Assembly: GCA_014905635.1 (NCBI GenBank)
Contig: JABVCE010000008.1
Coordinates: forward strand, 248,001 to 312,000
Reading direction: 5' to 3'
DNA from: Scenedesmus sp. PABB004
Taxonomy: Eukaryota
Length of the DNA stretch: 64,000 nucleotides
Shown: piece after piece, positions 24,888-36,484 of the stretch
How positions within the stretch are numbered: position 1 is the first letter of the stretch
Layout of the letters: every line of letters starts with the position of its first letter
The notes under the pieces: generated by a model
The model's database searches: none
What the model saw: the letters and a program-made list of their open reading frames with translations, nothing else
What the model was told of the DNA's origin: nothing
Position numbers and translations under genes: made by a program

Positions 24888-27800
24888 ATGGCGACGCCGC
24901 CATGGTGGAACTCCAGCATGCCTGACCGCGTGACGCGGCGGCAGGAGATGCACAGTGAGCCGGGGGATGCGCCGCGAACTCTGGGCGCCGTGAACTTTGT
25001 TCCCGCCCCGATCGGCGGCCCGGGAGGGCGCTCAAAAGTCGGACGAGCCGCTGGGCGTCTCGCCGCGGCACGCCGGTCGCCCTGGGCGCGCCGGGGCGCG
25101 GCGGCAGCTGCTGCTGCCGCGCCGGCGGCCGCGCACGCGCCGATCGGCTCGCGGCTGGCGTGGGGCCTGGAGCCGCAGAGCCGTGTGGGCGCCGGCTGGC
25201 GCGGAAGCAGCGGCGGCGCCGGCCGGTCGCGCGACCGCGGCGCGCAGCTCACGCCGGCGGCGTCCCCCACCGCGCGCCGCAGGCGTGGAGCGGTGGCAGA
25301 CGATGTACGTTCGCTACAAGTGCCAGCCCGAGGCGCAGGTCACGCAGGGCGGGTGGGACCTGGCGATGAGCCAGCGCTACGCGGGTGCGGCGGCGGCGCC
25401 CGCCCGCGCGCAGCAGCGCGCGGCAGCAGGGCGGCGCGCGCCGCCGGCCGACGCCCCGCCGCCGCGCCCACGCGCTGCTGTGCCCACCGCCGCGCCGGGC
25501 CATGCGCGCAGACCAGCTGGCGCTGGAGGAGCAGCAGCCCTACCTCAGCGAGGAGAGCCTGCTGTACAACGGCCTCGCGCCGACGAGCATCGCCCTGCGC
25601 ATCATCGAGGCGCCCGCCGAGTTTGCGGTGCCCGTCAAGCAGGACAGGCGCGCCGCGCGCCGCACGCCGCGCCGCGCCGCGCGGCGCGGCGCGGCGGGCC
25701 GCTGCTCTGCCGGCCGCCGCCCGACCCCGGCGACCGGCCGCTGACGCCGACGCCGCCGGCGCTGCCGCGGCGCGCGGACCGTTGGTGTGCGCCAGGCGGC
25801 TCACGCCCAACTTCCGTGTGCGCGTCGAGGTGGGGTTCCGCAACCGCTGCAGCTTCCCGCTCACGCTCAAGGCCTACGTCATCAGCCAGCAGGAGAAGGA
25901 CAGCGTGCCCGAGTGGGTGCCCGATGACTTCCTGGACCCTGACCTCCCGCAGGTGCGGCGCGGCGCGGCGCGGCGCGGCGCGCGGAGCGGGGCGCGCGGC
26001 GCGGGCGCGGGGCGGCGGTGGGCTGCGGCGCCTGCGGCTCTGCCGCGGCGCGCGACGCCGCCTGCGCCGCCGCCGCCGCCGCCGCCGCTGTCGGCGCGCA
26101 GCGCAAGCCGGTGACGGAGCTCAAGGGCACGATCGTCATCACCCACCACTTTGAGGGCACCGCGTCGGTGCGGCGCCCGCGCTGCGCGCGCCGGCGCGCT
26201 CGCCAGCGCGGCCGGCTTTGCCGTCACCGGCGGCGCGCGGCGATCAGCGAGCGGCGGCGCGCGCCCGCCCGCGCACGCGCAGGGCTCGCCGAAGGTCGGC
26301 GGGCGCAGCAAGCGCGGCGGCGGCGAGGCGGGGCAGCTGGCGCTGCTGGGCGACGGCGCGCAGGCGCTGCTGGCCAAGGGCGCCGACCCGGCGCTGCTGG
26401 CGAGCATGGGCCTGGGCGGCGAGCTGGACGCGCGGCTGGTGGAGCAGGTGCTGCAGGTGCGGCCGCGACGCCAACGCGACGACGACGGCGCCTGCCGCTG
26501 GCCCCGCTTGGCAGCGGCGCCGCGACGGCGGCGGGCGCGCGCAGCCGCGGCCGCCGCCGCCCACATCGCTCCCGCCCGCGTCGCAGGAGTCGGCGCGCAG
26601 CGGCGCGCCCGTCGACGCCGCGACCGCCGCCGCGCTCGCCGCGGCGGCGCAGCTCGGCGGCGCGCCCGGTGGCGGCGACGCGCTCGGCGGCGCGCCGGGC
26701 GTGGTCGCGCACGACTATGAGTTTGCCTCTGTCGAGCTGGTCAAGCCGACGCGCATGAACAAGGTTTACTTGGTCTTTGCCTGCTCAATACTCGAGCAGG
26801 ACCTCATGTTTGTGGTGTACAACATCCCCACCGTCGGCATCTGCCGCGCCGAGCAGCGCATCAAGGCCTGCGCCAAGCTGGGCGTCAACTACGCAGACAT
26901 CGGCGGCGCGAGCGACGCCGCGTTTGAGCAGGGCGGCGGGCCGGCGCCGCTCGGCCTGCCCGCGCCGCGGCCCGGCACGGCGGGGCGCAAGCGCGGCGGC
27001 AGCACGCCGGGCGGCTGGGCGGACGCGGGCGTGCTGCCCATCGACGCGCGGTGCGCCGCGCCGCGCGCGGGCGGCGCACTGCACGGGTGGCGCCGCGCTC
27101 GCGCGGCCGCGCGGCCGCGCGGCCGCGCGCCGACGCCGCCCCGCGCGCCCCGCCCCGCGCGCCGCCCCGCGCAGCGTGTACGGCGCCGACGGCCTCCTGG
27201 CCGGCGGCGGCGCCGCGGCCGAGGCTGGGCTCGCGGCGCTGGCGGCGGCGGGCGACCCTATGGGGCTGTCGCTCATGCAGGCGCGGCGCGGCGCACGCGG
27301 GCTGCCGCCCGGCTGCGCCGCCGCTGCTGCCGCCGCCGCCGCCGCCGCCGCTGCCGCCCGCCCGGCGACGGCCGCGCCCCGCACGCCGCGCGCCGCAGGT
27401 CGACGGCGCGCTGACGGGGCTGACGCCGGAGGCGCTCGCCGCCATGCCCGGCGCGGCGGCGCTCGGCGCGGGCGACGGCGAGGCGTGCTCCCGCGCGGCG
27501 CTGCGGGGGCTGCTGCTGCAGGAGTATGCGGCGACCGGGCTCACGCGCAAGCTCAGCCCGCTGGACATCCAGGCGCTCGAGAGCCACGCCGGCTTCCCGC
27601 CGCACGCGAGCGCGGGCGGCGCGACGATCACGCGCGGCCAGTGGGACGACTTTGTCGCCCAGTACCGCCGCGTGCTGCGCCTGCTGCGCCAGATCGCGAG
27701 CGTGAGCGCCGCGCCGCCGCGCAGCCGCGCCGCCGCGCCGCCGCGCCGCCGCGCCGGCGCCGGCGCCGCCGCCGCCGCGGCCGCCTCCTCCCCGCGCACC

Positions 27801-28234
27801 GCGCTGCGCCCGCCGCACCGCCGCGCGTCCCACGCGCCCTGCCGCGCGCGCAGGTGTGGAACCTGACCAGCCCCTGCGTCGTCGCCGGGTTTGACATGGA
27901 CCGCCTCGGCGCGATCGCGGCGCTCGCGAACGAGCCGGTCGGCACGTTTGTCGTGCGCTTCAGCGTGAGCTCCCCCGGGTCGCTCGTGCTCGCATGCCGC
28001 GTCGCCCCCGGGCACCCCAACGCCGACGCCGACGGCCTGCTGCACGCGATCATCCGCACCGAGGACCTCGCCGCGCGGCGCGTGGAGACGTGGATCCGCG
28101 ACTTTACCGGCGCGAGCCACCTGCTGGATGTGTACACCGCGCGCAGGCTCGACAAGCGAGCCCTCTTCCCCAGCCCCTACGCCCGCCTGCGCGCGATGGA
28201 CCCGCTCGAGGCCTACGACGACATCCTCGTCTGA
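24888..28234 (+). CDS. STAT-like protein: putative Ig-fold DNA-binding region, linker and SH2 domain
   Basis: Exon 1 MATPPWWNSS.. splices in phase to SVERWQTMYVRY. Central YEFASVELVKPTRMNKVYLVF; linker TRKLSPLDIQAL; SH2 VWN..VAGFDMDRLGAIAALANEPVGTFVVRFSVSSPGSLVLAC; tail PSPYARL..EAYDDILV*. Confidence 0.8.
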
Positions 28235-28513
28235 CGGGTTTGAACGCGGCATGCATGCAACGATTGCTGCGTGACGTGACGGGCGTGGAAACGCGGGGGC
28301 GGGGACGAGACCGAAGCGGCGCGGCGCGGCGCCGCGCCGCCCTGCGCTGCCGGGCGGCTGCTTGGATTGGTGGGCCGCCGGATTGCACTTGAGGGCGCAC
28401 TGTGCCTCGCCCGCGCGTCAAACTCACTGTGCGGTGGCGAGCGCACGGGGGTCGCCATCATCAAAGTCAATGGCCTCGCGCCTACCCGCTGTGTTGATGC
28501 TGTCTTATTTCAT

Positions 28514-28518
28514 TGTAA
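28514..28518 (+). terminator. TGTAA polyadenylation signal for the STAT-like gene
   Basis: TGTAA in an AT-rich patch 280 nt after the stop. Confidence 0.6.
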
Positions 28519-28559
28519 CCTCGCCTGGCGGCGGTGCCGCTGCAGCGCTGGCAGTGCCA

Positions 28560-29164
28560 GCTGCCAGCGGCCAGGGCGACGCCGCTGCGGCAGAGCGGCG
28601 GCAGTCGCGCGGGCGGCAGTCAGCCCGCGGCGTCACAGCGCGTCAGGACGCGCTCGCCGGGCCGCCGCCAGTCGCCGGACGGCTCACACCGCGCACGGCC
28701 AGCTCGTGGACACCGGCAGACAAGCTCGCCGTCGCACGCGCGCCCGCCGTGAACGCCGCCGCTGCCGCGAGAACCCGGCGGGAAGGAGCGGACTGCTCGC
28801 TGGAGCGCCTGGCGCGGAGTGACGCGGCAAACCAGCTCGTGCAGCTCGTCAGCTTGCAGCGCTGCGCCGAGCCGCGGCCGCGCCAGGGGGCGGCCCGCGC
28901 ATCCCGGGCCCGCCAGCGCGCCGCCCGGGGCCGGGGCGGGCCCCTGGAGCGCTGTCGGGACGCGCTGATGTACGGGCCGTCAGAATGAAGGGCGGCGCCT
29001 GGGCGGCGCTGCTGCTGCTGGCGCTGGCGGCGGCGCCAGGTGCGCGCCGCTGCTGAGCGGGGTCGCGCCGCCGCCGCCGGCGCGCGAGCGGGGGCGCCGC
29101 GCCGCGCCAGGTGCTGCAAATCTCACGGCTCCCGCTACGCGCCGTGTGCACGCCCTCCGCTGCC
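28560..29164. repeat. Partner of the inverted repeat at 15035-15637
   Basis: Reverse-complement match as described for 15035-15637. Confidence 0.95.
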
Positions 29165-31224
29165 GCCGCGCCGCGCCCCGCGGGCCCTGCGCAGTGCCTG
29201 GCGCGCTCGGCCAGTCGACCGCCACGTGCTCCCCGGGCATCACGCAGCTGGTGCGCTGCTACCTGGACGGCGCCGGGTACGTGGCGGAGCTGGAGTACTC
29301 GAACGGCGCGTCCGCGCCGCTGGCAGCCTGCCGCGCGACGCCCGAGCAGCTGACCGGCCTGGCGGCGCGCGAGCTCGTCGTCGCGGCGGGGGAGACGATC
29401 ACCAGCATCGCCACCTGCACCGCGCCCGGCGGCGTCGCCGGCGTCGAGCTGGGCACCAGCCTGGGCGCGACGCTGCGCTGCGGCGACACGGGTGGCAGCT
29501 GCCGCAAGCACTCGGGCGGCGGCGACCCGCTCGCTGGCTTCGACGCGCGCTGCGGCGAGGCGGGGATTCACACGCGGCTGCTCGCCGTCGCCAGCCCCTG
29601 CTGGAACCCAAACTACACGCCGCCGCGCTCCACAGGTGCGCTGCTGCCACGCGCGGCGCGCGGCGACGGCGCGGGCGGCGCGAGCGCGGCGCCGCGAGCG
29701 ACCCCCACGCGACCGCCCCGCTGCGCCCGCGCAGCCTGTGAGTCTGGCTACGGCACGCCCGGCGGCGGCGCGCCGTGTCGGCTGTGCCTGCCCGGCGAAT
29801 ACTCGCCCGGCGGCCTGCAGCCCTGCGCCACGTGCCCGCCCGGGACGACGACGCTGGCGCCGGGCCGCGCCGCCTGCGGTGAGGCGGCGGCGGCGCCACG
29901 GGGGGCGTTGAGCAGGCGCGCCTGGCCGCCGTCCGTGCTCACGTCCCTCGCTCACCCACCGCGCGCAGTGTGCATCCCGGGGTATGGCCGTGCCGGTGCC
30001 GGCAGCGAGGCCAGCTCTGGCGGGACGTGCAAGCGCTGCGCCGCCGGCTTCTACGCGCGGGGCGGCTCCCTGGCCGCGTGCACCGCCTGCCCCGACGGCT
30101 ACACCAGCGCGCCGGGCGCGCCGTCGCAGCAGTTCTGCGTGTGCAAGCCAGGTGGGCGGGCGCGCGCTCACGTGGCCGCCGCGCGCGATCGCGTGGCCGC
30201 CGCGCGTGCTCACCCGGCCGCCGCGCGCCCCCATGCCCGCCGCCAGGCACCGGCACGGCGGGCAGCAAGTGCGCGACCTGCGCGCGCGGCAGCTACGGCC
30301 CCGGCCCCGACGCGGCGCCGCCGGGCGTGGGCAGTTCGGAAGACAACTCCACCGCGTCGTACGCCTACGCCGGCGCGGACGTGCTGCAGGCCGCCATCTT
30401 TGCGACCGCCGGCGTGCCCGTGAGCGCGCGCGCGTGCACGCCCTGCGGCACCAACCGCACGACCGCCGAGGCGGGCGCCAGCAGCAACATGGCGTGCGGT
30501 GAGCTCCCCGGCTCGCGCATGTGGCGCGCGGCCGCCGCAGCCCTGGGCGTTCGCGCGCGGCTCACCGCCCGCCTCGGCCGCGCGCGCGCGCGTGCGCGGC
30601 AGTGTCCGAGGTCGTGTCCTGCAACGCCGCGGCCAACCTGGTCCCCCTCAACGGCCAGTGCGTGTGCAAGGCGGGCACGCGCCCTACGACCTCGGGCGGG
30701 CCCTGCGCGCTGTGCGGCGCGGGGGCGGCCAAGCCCGCCGCCGGCAACGGCACCTGCACCGCGTGCGCCGACGGCGAGGCCCCCAACGCGAATCGCACGG
30801 CGTGTGTGAGTGGCCGGCGCGCGCGGTCGCGCGCAGCTGCCCGGCGGCCGGCCGCGCCGCCTCGCCGTGCGCGCGCGCGGGCCGCGCGGGCGGCGCCCAC
30901 GCCGCGCCGCCTCACGCCGCCGCGCTGCAGGTGTCGACGGTCGTGAGCAATGCCTGCGTGACGTGCAACACCGCGACGATTGTGTCCACCATCAAGGAGT
31001 TTTGCCAGGGCGGCGCGAGCGACGTGGCGATCGTCGACAGCAGCTGCACGGCGTCGAGCGGCACACCCGTGCTCGACTATGTCGGCGTGCCCGACGCGGT
31101 CGTGCTGGACAGCACGGGCCAGCTCAACTGCACCGCCGTCACGGCGCGGTCGACGTTTGGGCTCGAGGTGCGCGACCCGGTGTGCGACGCGGCGCTCGTG
31201 TTTGACGTCACCGGGTACAAGTGA
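28985..31224 (+). CDS. Secreted protein: putative jacalin-like domain plus ephrin-receptor-like Cys-rich repeats; paralog of 13737-15214
   Basis: Identical signal exon MKGGAWAALLLLALAAAP; domain with LVVAAGETITSI..VAGVELGTSLG..LAGFDARCG..CWNPNY; repeats CRLCLPGEYSPGG..CATCPPG, CKRCAAGFYARGG..CTACPDG; ends FDVTGYK*. Confidence 0.8.
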
Positions 31225-31365
31225 CGGCCAGGGTCTTTTTCGGGGTGCTTAGGGTTGAGAGCGTGCGTGCGTGCGCGGGCGGCGGCGCAAAGGTTCACGC
31301 CTGGGCGGGCGCGTTCGGGGGACGTCGCCGCGCGGCGTGCGTGGGGCGGCGGTTCAGACCCGGGG

Positions 31366-31470
31366 CGCTGCGTCGCTGGGTGGGCGCCGAGGTGCTGGCC
31401 GCCGCGGCTCCAGCAGCTCGGTGGTGCTGCGCGGCGGCCAGCACCTCGGCGCCCACCCAGCGACGCAGCG
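31366..31470. repeat. Perfect 41-bp inverted repeat with 23-nt spacer (hairpin)
   Basis: 31366-31406 CGCTGCGTCGCTGGGTGGGCGCCGAGGTGCTGGCCGCCGCG is the exact reverse complement of 31430-31470. Confidence 0.95.
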
Positions 31471-31683
31471 GGGCCCCTTCCCGGCGACGCAACCGCGCGG
31501 CCGAGCGCAGCGCTGCCGGCGACCGCGCCGCCGCTCCCGCCGCAGCGCGCCCGCCCGCGCAGCGCCGAACTCGCGTCCCGCGTCGCGTCACTGGTAGCCC
31601 GACACGCCCTCATCGGCCCTCACTGGTAGCCCGACGCGCCCGCTCGCGCATAGCAGCAGCAGCAGCGACAGCGGCGGCGGACG

Positions 31684-33375
31684 ATGGCCGCCCTCCCCGC
31701 CGCCGCCGCGGCGGGCCTGGCGGCGGGCTGGGCGCTGCGATGCGCGGCCGGCGGGCTGCTGGAGCCCCTGGTTTCCAGGTGCGCTGCGGCGGCGGCGGCG
31801 CGCCACAGCCTGCGGGGCGCGCCGCTGCCGCGCGGCGCTGCCGCCCGCGCCGCGCCGGCCAACGCGCCGCCGCCGCCCCTTGCCCGCAGCGTCGGCTGGC
31901 TGGGCGGCGCGGCGCTGCTGCTGGCCGGCTGCGGCGCCGCGGTCTGGGCGCTGCTGCGCGCGGACGCCGACGCGGGCCTGCTCCTGCGCGGCACCCACGC
32001 GCCCGACGCATTCCGCGGCAAAGTGGTCTGGATCACCGGCGCCAGCCAGGTGTGCGCGCGGCGCGGCGCCGCAGCGCCCGTCGCCGGGACGCCGGCCGGC
32101 GGTGGCGCCCAGCACAGCGTGCGACGCGCGCCGCCGCCGCTGCCGCCGCGCAGGGCCTCGGCGAGGTCCTGGCGCGGTACTTTGCCGCGCACGGCGCGCG
32201 CCTCATCCTCTCGTCGCGCAGCGCGGAGCGGCTGGAGGCGCGGCGCGCGCGGCGCGCCGCCCGCGCCCGCGCCGCGGCGCCGCGCCCGCCCACCAGGCCG
32301 CCCGCCCGCCCGCCCGCCGCGCAGCGCGTCAAGTCGGGCTGCGCGGCCGACGCCGGCGACGTGCTGGTGCTGCCCTTTGACCTGCTGGACGCGCCGCCGG
32401 CGCTCGCGGCGGCCGCCGCCGCGGCGGACGCCGCGTTTGGCGGCGCCGGCGTCGACTACCTGCTGCACGTCGCGGGTGCGCTGCCGCGACGCGGGTACAA
32501 GCGCCCTCTCACTGGGCTCCGACCACGGCGGGCTCACGCGCGCCCGCGCGCGCGTGCCGCCGCTGCTGCCGCCGCGCCGCAGGCGCGTCGCAGCACGCGC
32601 TCGCGGCGGAGACGACCGCGGCGGCGGCCGACGCGGTGCTGGCGATCAACACGACGGCGCCCATCCGGCTCACGCAGGCGGCGCTGCCGCACATGCTGCG
32701 GCGGGGCCGGGGGCAGCTCGTGGTCGTCGCGAGCATGGCCGCAAAGGTGCCGTCGGCGGGGCAGGCGGCGTACGCCGGCGCCAAGGCGGCGCTGCTGGGC
32801 TATTTCGGGTCGCTCGCGACCGAGGTCGCCGACCAGTGAGCGCGGCGGACCCCCGCGCGGCGCGGTCCCCTTGCCGTCGCAGCGCGCCGCCCACGCGCCG
32901 CCGCCGCGCTGCGCGCCGCAGGGGCGTGGGCGTGACGGTCGTCTGCCCGGGGCCCGTCGCGGCGGCGAGCCCCGGCTGCACGCGTGTCGTGTACGGCCCG
33001 ACGGGGCCGATCACGCGGCCAGAGGAGCCGGACAAGCGCCGCATGCCGCCCGCCCGCGCGGCGGCGCTCATCGCGACAGCCGCCGCCGCGCGCGTGCCGG
33101 AGGCCTGGCTCGCGCGCCAGCCCGTGCTCGCCATGGGTGCGCGCGGGGCCGCGCCGCGCAGCGCCGGCCGCGCCTGCGCGCAGCAGCCGCCGCCGCGCCG
33201 GGCCCACGCCGCCGCCCGCGCCGCGCCCGCGCCACGCCCTGCAGCCTACATCATGCAGTACGCGCCGGCGCTGGGCTGGCGCGTGCTCAAAAAGGTCGGC
33301 CCCGCGCGCGCCCGCGCGCTCGCCGCCGGCCGCAACGGCTACGACGTGGGCGGCCTGCTCAAGGGCGAGAGCTGA
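31684..33375 (+). CDS. Short-chain dehydrogenase/reductase, DHRS7-like, membrane anchored
   Basis: N-terminal hydrophobic anchor; FRGKVVWITGASQGLGE; VVVASMAAK; catalytic YAGAK; VTVVCPGPV. Confidence 0.9.
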   Translation: MAALPAAAAAGLAAGWALRCAAGGLLEPLVSRCAAAAAARHSLRGAPLPRGAAARAAPANAPPPPLARSVGWLGGAALLLAGCGAAVWALLRADADAGLLLRGTHAPDAFRGKVVWITGASQVCARRGAAAPVAGTPAGGGAQHSVRRAPPPLPPRRASARSWRGTLPRTARASSSRRAARSGWRRGARGAPPAPAPRRRARPPGRPPARPPRSASSRAARPTPATCWCCPLTCWTRRRRSRRPPPRRTPRLAAPASTTCCTSRVRCRDAGTSALSLGSDHGGLTRARARVPPLLPPRRRRVAARARGGDDRGGGRRGAGDQHDGAHPAHAGGAAAHAAAGPGAARGRREHGRKGAVGGAGGVRRRQGGAAGLFRVARDRGRRPVSAADPRAARSPCRRSAPPTRRRRAARRRGVGVTVVCPGPVAAASPGCTRVVYGPTGPITRPEEPDKRRMPPARAAALIATAAAARVPEAWLARQPVLAMGARGAAPRSAGRACAQQPPPRRAHAAARAAPAPRPAAYIMQYAPALGWRVLKKVGPARARALAAGRNGYDVGGLLKGES

Positions 33376-33663
33376 TGGGGAGTGACGTGGGGGCCCGGAT
33401 TGCGCGCGCCCTGGGGTCCAGGGTCAGGCAGGCTGAGAGGGACCTGGGCGCTGTGGCGCCGCCCCGACGCTCGTAACGTCGTTCGAAGTGCCGCGCGCGC
33501 GCTGCTGGCCCCGTGCCGAACGCTCCGCTGCCTGGCGCGCCTCACACGCCCGCCTGCCTGTTCGTCGTACCTCGCACGCGGCGCGCGGAGGCAGCTCGCC
33601 GCGCGACAGCGATGTGCCGCGCCGCCGCCGCTGCTGCCGCCGACGCGTGACCGACCGGTCGCC

Positions 33664-36056
33664 ATGCTGCTGGGCGGCGTGCGCGCCTGCGCTGCGCTGG
33701 TGCTGTTGTTGGCGGGCAGCACGGCGCCGTCGGCGCAGCACCGCACGGCGCCGGTGGCAGCTGCAGCGGATGCAGCGCCCGCTGGCGCCGGTGCCGCCGC
33801 CGGCGCGCAGCTGGGCCTGGGCTTGCAGGACGGCCTGGACGTGATGTACGGGCTGCAGGTGCGGCCGGGGGCGGCGCTCCGCGCGGACCCCGAGCGCAGG
33901 GCGCACAGCGCGCGCGGCACGCACGCGTCGCCGCCGCCGCCGCAGGGCGCGGCCGCCGACGCCGTCGAGGCCTGGGCCGCCCCGGGCGCGCTGGCGCCCG
34001 ACGAAGCAGACGCGCTGCCACCGCCGCCAGACGTGGCGCCGCCGCCGGCGCCCGCGCCGGCGCCCGCGCCCGCGCCGCTGCCGGTCGAGCCGGCGCCGGC
34101 GGGGGGCGCCGCCGCCTCCGCGCCCGGCAGGCCGAGCGGCGCCGGCGGCGATGCTGGCTACGACAACGTTGACTTTGACGACGACGACGACAACAGCAAC
34201 GACCCGGCCGGGCAGGACGGCTGGGAGGCCTGGCTCGGCGACGAGCCGTACGGGCCGTTTGACGGCCTCGTGCCGGACGACGAGTACGGCGACGAGTACG
34301 GCGAGGGAGGCGACGGCGACGGCGGCGAGGACGGCGAGGCAGGCGGAGAGGCTGGCGGCGCGGCCGACCCCGGCCTCGCGGCGCCAACAGGCAAGGGCCC
34401 CAAGCACCCGGGCAGGCCGGGGCCGGAGGTGCCCACGCAGCCGGGCAACCCGGGGCCGCGGCCGCCGTGCAAGCGCACGGACGGGCTCGTGCAGTCGGGC
34501 GACATCTGCGTCTGCCTGCCAGGTGCGCGCGTGCTCGCTCGGCCAGCGGCGCTCCGCGCCCCGCGGCGCCCCGCGCTCGACACCCCGAGCCCCGCCGCCG
34601 CCGGGCCCGCGCGCGCGCAGGCTACGGCGCACGCCCGGGGTTGCAGCGCTGCGCGCGCTGCCTGACCGGCTGGGCGAGCCCGGGCGGCGCTGTCTCCACG
34701 ACGCGCTGCCGGCCCTGCCCCGAGTTCACCACCTCCAACAGCGACAACACCGCCTGCGGTGCGGCGCCGCGCGGACGGCGGCGGCCGCCGCGGCCTGCCG
34801 CGCGCCGCTCGCCGCCCCGCCGCGCGTCAGCGACGCGCGCCGCCGCCCGGCCGCAGTGTGGTTTGCGCAGCAGCCCGACGTGAACGACGCGCTCTGCTCG
34901 CGCTGCTTCGACCCGCGCACGCCCTTCCAGCCGCCCGCGTGCTGCCCCAAGGGCCAGGCGCGGCCGCGGCGCGCGCGCGCCGCCCAGCACGCGCGCGCCC
35001 GCCGCCGGGCCCCACGCCGCCGCACCGCCGCGTCGGGGCACCCGGCCGCCGCGGGGCGCCGCAGGTTTGCTGCGGCGAAGTCGGCTGCTGCTCGCCGGAC
35101 AACTGCCACGTCAACGCGACCACCAACTTTCAGCCCTACTGCTGCGACGGCGGGTAGGGTTTAGGTTTTGGAGTTTTGGGTTTACGGTCTAAACCCTGCC
35201 CCTAAACCCTAACCCTAAACCCTAACCCTTAACCCTTAACCGTAGATTTTGTCCCAACGACAACACCGGCCCCCTCGATTGCTGCCCGGGCGGGCAGACC
35301 TGCGTCAACCTCACGAGCTCGGTGCGCGCCCGCGCGGCGCGGCGCGGCGCGGCGCAGCGCGGGTGCCGCCGGCGCGCCGGCGCACGCCCGCCAGCCGGCC
35401 GCCGCCGTTGCCGCGCGCGCGCGCGCAGACGCAGCGGTGCTGCCCGATCGGTGGCGAGTGCCGCATCAGCGGCAGCACGACCGTTGATGCGGTGTGTTGC
35501 AACCCCAGCTACGAGTACTGCTTCATCACCACGCGTGACACCTCTGGCACCGTCATCACCGCGCGCCCGACCTGCTGCAATGACGCGCAGGCGCGTCGGC
35601 GCCGCGCCGCCCGCCGCGCCGCGCCAACGACTCGCGGCCGCCAACGACTCGCGGCCGCCGCCGCCGCGCGGTTGCCCGCAGGTGCCCTGCCCCGCCGATG
35701 GGCGCTGCTGCGCGGTGGGGTCGTACTGCGTCAACGCGGAGCGCTGCTGCACGTCAATCGACTCTGACATCTGCCTCGTCGCGTCGTCAACCTCCACGAC
35801 CAGCTTTGTGCGCGGCTGCTGCGACCCGCCCAAAAAGTGCATCGCCGGGTCGGGCGGCACGGTCCGCATCTGCTGCGAGGCGACCGCCAACTTCCTGTGC
35901 GGCTCGAGCTGCTGCAACTCGACCGTCTCGGAGTGCCTCTACGAATCGATCTGCTGCTCGGCCAGCAAGGTCTGCACGAGCCCGCTGGACTCGAGCATCA
36001 AGGTCTGCTGCGCGTCCACGCAGACGTGCAACGCCGCCACGGGCGTGTGCTCGTAG
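33664..36056 (+). CDS. Secreted protein with Pro-rich and acidic N-terminal half and CC-rich Cys repeats
   Basis: Signal MLLGGVRACAALVLLLAG; PAPAPAP and DDDDD tracts; CARCLTGWASPGG..CRPCP; many CC motifs (CCPKG, CCPGGQTC, CCPIGGEC, CCASTQTC); in-phase exons; TAG at 36056. Confidence 0.75.
35154..35245 (+). repeat. Interstitial telomere-like repeats, head-to-head, forming a whole intron
   Basis: Degenerate TTTAGGG units (GTAGGGTTTAGGTTTTGG..GGGTTTACGG) followed by CCCTAAA/CCCTAA units, ending in CGTAG. Confidence 0.9.
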
Positions 36057-36484
36057 CGGCGGCGGCGCGGTCGCGTGGCCTGGAGGCGGTAAAGCTCAGT
36101 CGGCGGCCCACGAACGACGGCGGTCCTGGTCCTGGCAGCTGGCCGGCCAGCGGCGGCGCCGTGGCTCAGGCGCTGCAGCAGCAGCTGCTGCGCCGCGCTT
36201 GTCGGCATCTCAGAGCTGTCTCCTGACCCGAGCGACCTGCCGCGACTCACAGCGCCGCGCGCGGGAGCCCCCGCCATCGCGCGCCAGCCCGCCCCGTCGC
36301 GCCCCGTCGCGCTGGCAGCTCGGCGCGAGCGTCGGAGGTCGCGAACAAATAGATATTGTCATTGGGGGGCCGTAATGCAGCCTCTGCGGCGTCGAACCGG
36401 GCGCAGCAGCAGCAGCGCTCGCCGGCGCTGAGCGGCGCCGCCGGCGCTGCGCGGCGCCGCCGCGCAGCGCTCGTAGCAGCCGGC

